Under the pieces are notes generated by a model. It had not been told where the DNA came from and made no database searches. It saw nothing but the letters and a program-made list of their open reading frames with translations. The position numbers and the translations under genes are program-made. Positions 57,867 through 61,444 of a stretch of 61,444 nt of DNA are shown piece after piece. Positions within the stretch are counted from its first letter, which is position 1, and each line of letters opens with the position of its first letter. Origin of the DNA: Acidimicrobiia bacterium (GTDB lineage Bacteria > Actinomycetota > Acidimicrobiia > Spongiisociales > JAHEDJ01); the NCBI GenBank assembly GCA_029210695.1, contig JARGFH010000002.1:62001-123444 (forward strand), read 5' to 3'.

Positions 57867-60233
57867 ATGGATCGCATCGCAGAGACCCTCGAGTTGGAAC
57901 CCGACTGGCCGGACGACGGCCGTCCGATGGTATTTCTCGGTGATGCATCGTCGGCGCTGGAACGCCGATTCGTCGAGTCCTGGATAGCACAGCGATCCGA
58001 TGGACGCGCCTACGATCTGCTGTGGCTCCCCCCGTCCCGCAGGCACCGGAGCGCCCGTCACACCGATCCGGCACTCGAGCGCCGTCTACGGGCGGTTGAC
58101 GACGCCCTCCTCGTCCCGCTGCGGGTTGCGTGGCTGCCACCCGAGCGCAAGGGAAAGCGCTCGGTCACTCTGGTCGATCTCCTCAAATTCGGCGATCCAC
58201 GCGACCCGGATCCGATCCGGCAATACCTCGTGCTTTCGAGAAGCCCCGATCGATGCCGGCTCGTGATGGGGCACCCGGCGTCGATCGACGAGCTATTGGC
58301 GATTCACCGTGAGTCCGTGGAAACGCGCACGCCGGGAGAATTCGTGGCCCATCGGGCTTGGCTGGCACTCGAAAGGGCAGAACGCAAGCTGCGCGGCAAC
58401 CGTTACAAGGTCCCCAAGTTCGTCGCCGAGGATCTAACCGGCTCGCAGGAGTTCCTTGACTCGATGGCGAAGGCGGCAGAACACGAGGGACGATCCATCG
58501 AGGCCGCTACCCGAAGGTCGCAGCGCTACTTGCATGAGATCGCCGCATCACATTCCCCGCTGGTCATCGACTTGATCGCCAATGCCATTCACTGGCTCTA
58601 CCGCCAGGGGTATGGGGGCATCCACTACGACGAACAAGAGATAAGGGCGTTGTACGAGCTGGGCCAGGAGCAACCGCTGATATTTCTCCCTTCGCACAAG
58701 TCGCAGCTGGATCGACTTGTTCTCCAGTATCTCCTCTGGGAAAACGACCTACCCCCGAACCACACGGCGGGCGGCGTCAACCTCAACTTCTTCCCGATCG
58801 GCCAACTGATCCGGCGTACAGGCGTCTTTTTCATCAGGCGCTCGTTCAAAGACAACGAGCTCTACAAAAACGTCCTCACGAGCTATATCGACTACCTGAT
58901 CGAGAAGCGATTCCCGCTCGAGTGGTACCTCGAAGGAGGAAGATCTCGGTCGGGCAAACTGCTTCCACCCCGTTTCGGGATGCTGTCCTACGTCGTCGAC
59001 GCGCACGCACGGGGGAAATCAGAAGATGTGTATCTGATACCAACCTCAATCGCCTACGACCAGATCTTCGACGTCGGTTCGTACGCGGCCGAGCAGCGAG
59101 GCAGCGGCAAGCAATCGGAGAGCGTGGGATGGCTCATCGGCGCCATCCGCACCCTCCGTCGCCGGTACGGGGACATCTATGTTCGTTTCGGCACACCCAT
59201 CTCTATGAAGGCCGAGTGCATCCAGGAGGCTTCCCCAACCGAGCGCTCATTGAATGTGCAGAAGCTGGCGTTCAAGGCACTCAGGGGCGTGAACAAGGTG
59301 ACACCGATCACCCCAACGTCGGTCGTGACGCTGGCGCTCCTCGCCAACGAGGAACGGGCGATGACGGTGGAGGAGATCCGTGAAGAGCTGCGAGGATTGG
59401 TCGGCTACATCCTCCGCCGCCGGTTACCCATCACCGAACGAGTTCGGTTCGGCGGCACAATTCAGGTGCAAGAAGTACTCGATCGGCTCAGCGAGCACGA
59501 CATCGTGACCCGGTTCGATCAGGGGCCGGTACCGGTCTACCGGATTCAGGAAACGCAGTATCTCGCCGCTGCGTACTACCGCAACACCATCGTTCACTAC
59601 TTCGTCACAGGAGCGATTGCCGAACTAGCCCTTCTCCGTGCCGCAGAATCGGATCAGGTCGACACATCCGACGCCTTCTGGGCAGAGGTGATGAGGCTGC
59701 GTGACCTGTTGAAGTTCGAATTCTTCTTCTCAGAAAAGGAAGCCTTCGTTGAGGAAGTCCGCAAGGAGATGAGCCGCTTCCGCGACGAGTGGGAAACGGC
59801 TTTGGGTGAGGGTCCGGGCGGAGCCCGTCGGCTTCTCGGCCGCCTCCGCCCGTTGCGGGCACACTGGGCACTCGGCCCGTTCCTCGAGGCGTACCTCGTC
59901 GTGGCGACCGCGCTCGAGCGACAGCCGTTCGACGAGCCGATAGATACCAAGCGATTCCTGAGTGAATGCCTGGGGCTCGGTGAGCAGTACCGGCTTCAGC
60001 GAAGAATCTCGAAGGCTGAATCTGTTTCCCAGGTGCTGTTCAAGTCGGCGCTGGGACTGGCCGGCAACCGTCGCCTCCTCGAGCCACGCGATGGAATCGA
60101 CTCCGACAGGAAGGTCTTCGCCGACGAGGTCCGTGACGTCGTCCGCCGGGTCGACGCGATCGGCACACTGGCCGCCGGTCGGCGCGCCGGACTCGTCTGG
60201 TCGGGAACGGATGGCCCGGTGCCGGTCGAGTAG
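57867..60233 (+). CDS. plsB: Glycerol-3-phosphate acyltransferase PlsB
   Basis: PSHKSQLD, FFIRRSF, YLEGGRSRSGKL, PTSIAYDQ; TACAAT leaderless promoter. Confidence 0.9.
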   Translation: MDRIAETLELEPDWPDDGRPMVFLGDASSALERRFVESWIAQRSDGRAYDLLWLPPSRRHRSARHTDPALERRLRAVDDALLVPLRVAWLPPERKGKRSVTLVDLLKFGDPRDPDPIRQYLVLSRSPDRCRLVMGHPASIDELLAIHRESVETRTPGEFVAHRAWLALERAERKLRGNRYKVPKFVAEDLTGSQEFLDSMAKAAEHEGRSIEAATRRSQRYLHEIAASHSPLVIDLIANAIHWLYRQGYGGIHYDEQEIRALYELGQEQPLIFLPSHKSQLDRLVLQYLLWENDLPPNHTAGGVNLNFFPIGQLIRRTGVFFIRRSFKDNELYKNVLTSYIDYLIEKRFPLEWYLEGGRSRSGKLLPPRFGMLSYVVDAHARGKSEDVYLIPTSIAYDQIFDVGSYAAEQRGSGKQSESVGWLIGAIRTLRRRYGDIYVRFGTPISMKAECIQEASPTERSLNVQKLAFKALRGVNKVTPITPTSVVTLALLANEERAMTVEEIREELRGLVGYILRRRLPITERVRFGGTIQVQEVLDRLSEHDIVTRFDQGPVPVYRIQETQYLAAAYYRNTIVHYFVTGAIAELALLRAAESDQVDTSDAFWAEVMRLRDLLKFEFFFSEKEAFVEEVRKEMSRFRDEWETALGEGPGGARRLLGRLRPLRAHWALGPFLEAYLVVATALERQPFDEPIDTKRFLSECLGLGEQYRLQRRISKAESVSQVLFKSALGLAGNRRLLEPRDGIDSDRKVFADEVRDVVRRVDAIGTLAAGRRAGLVWSGTDGPVPVE

Positions 60234-60247
60234 AGCCGCTCACCGGC

Positions 60248-60863
60248 TCAGTCTGTCAGAATCCGCTTGAACCGATACACCGCCAGGCCGAGCAGCCCCA
60301 CCGCAAAGGCGAGGAGAGCACTCAACTCGAGTGAGATCGAGGAGAAGCCCCCTTCGCGATAGATCAGGTCTTTGAATCCCCGCAACGCCCAGTAGTGGGG
60401 TGTTCCTCTGGCAATGGTCTGCATGCCCGCCGGGAAGATCTCATACGGGACCATGGCCCCACCGATCGCAGCCAGGATGAGACCGGCGAAGACACCGAAA
60501 GATCCGGCTTGCTCGGGAGTACGAAATACCGAGCCGGCCAGCATGGCGATGCCGGTCCCGACCAGGGCAAACACCGTCACGATCAGACCGGCCAGCCAGA
60601 TGTTTCCCCAGTCGATGTTGAACCCGACCGCGGTGCCGATCATGATCAGCAGACCCTGGGCAAACGCGATCGCAAACCGTCCAAGCGCTTCACCCACCAA
60701 AACGGTTCCGGCTCCCGTGGGGGTCGAAAGCATCCGCCGGGAGACACCGAGCGTTCGCGACAAGATCAACTTGTCTGCGGCGGTCAACGAAGTCAGAAAC
60801 ATGAACAGAACCAGCATGCCCTGAGCGGAGTGATCGATCGGATTGAACCCTTCGGGGAAAACC
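60248..60863 (-). pseudogene. C-terminal half of an ABC-2 permease interrupted by an ISL3 element
   Basis: RRMLSTPT, GEALGRF, IGGAMVP.EIFP, TPHYWAL; similarity stops at the IS end. Confidence 0.78.
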
Positions 60864-61369
60864 GGCTCATCGGATTTCAGCGGGGTGTGATGGTGGCGAG
60901 TAGATTCCAGTTGGGTTTTCCGGCGTAGAGGAGGGCTCTGATCCGGTAGTTGCGGAACCGGCGGAACCCGAACCCGATCCGTTTTATCCGTTTGATGAGA
61001 TTGTTGACCGCTTCGGTGGGCCCGTTCGACACCCGTGCCTGATGCCAGGCGACGATGTGGTCGAGCCACCGTCGGAGGGTGCGGCCGAGGGAGTTGACTT
61101 CGGGGGGACATGATTCGTCTTGGAGGTCTTCTGCGAGTTGGGTGACGAACTCGGTGGCCAGGTCGGGTTCGTCGATCTGATAGATGGAGCGGATGACTTC
61201 TTTGGCATGCCACGCCATCCGCACTTCACCACGGGGGTCGCCGGCTCGTAGCAGGCCCAGCAGCTTGGCTTCGCCTCGGTCGTCGAGACGTTCATGGGCT
61301 TTGGTCAACAGTCTCCGTGCCCGATAGAGCGGGTCGTCTTTTCTGCCTCGATGACCGACCGTCTCGTTC
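60864..61369 (-). mobile_element. ISL3-family element, right end with 3' transposase fragment (stop at 60877)
   Basis: GGCTCATCG terminus; NETVGHRGRKDDPLYR...SNGPTEAVNNLIKRIKRIGFGFRRFRNYRIRALL. Confidence 0.85.
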
Positions 61370-61444
61370 CCCTCTGTGTCAACGTTTCGTGAGACGGGTC
61401 GTGTAGGTGTATCACTGTGTTGAGAGGGCGGGATGGGAGAATCC
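61370..61444 (-). mobile_element. End of a probable second IS inserted in the ISL3 transposase
   Basis: Transposase similarity breaks at 61369/70; CCCTCTGTGTCAAC IR-like end; another ORF (GFSHPALSTQ*) stops at 61412. Confidence 0.45.

Noticed and set aside
60864..61213. N-terminal part of the 321-aa ORF 60248..61213
   Set aside because: An alternate frame of the ISL3 element fused by chance to the permease remnant

Overview
High-GC bacterial chromosome segment, almost certainly Actinomycetota. Gene content and order suggest Acidimicrobiia, which is an inference. Most of the window is housekeeping: cofG/cofH (FO synthase), rimM-khpA-rpsP-ffh, ppc, upp, deoB-pdp-punA, etfBA, cdd-ftsY-smc-mutM-rnc-plsX-rpmF-yceD-sepIVA-coaD-rsmD-recG-fakA-rpmB, ddl-murF, fabI, a RecB-like nuclease plus adnAB, dtd and plsB. 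The main discovery candidate is an apparently non-coding 1.4-kb region (about 47430-48800). It holds three tandem minus-strand RNA genes: two identical ~409-nt copies and one ~185-nt relative. Each has its own sigmaA-type promoter and a positionally conserved TCGCGA-N14-TCGCGA upstream element. The RNAs are built almost entirely of GNRA/UUCG-capped hairpins and share an identical 3' hairpin. Other notable items: three identical copies of a 103-105-bp IS630-like MITE at CTAG sites (one frameshifts fakA, two sit on amber stop codons); three PafBC-type DNA-damage promoters; a pair of tiny CxxC proteins ending in an ssrA-like LAA just upstream of adnAB; a RecG with a ~150-aa insertion; a CofH with what may be a relic CofG domain; and nested IS insertions in an ABC permease at the right edge. 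All calls are by eye from sequence motifs; no searches or folding programs were run.
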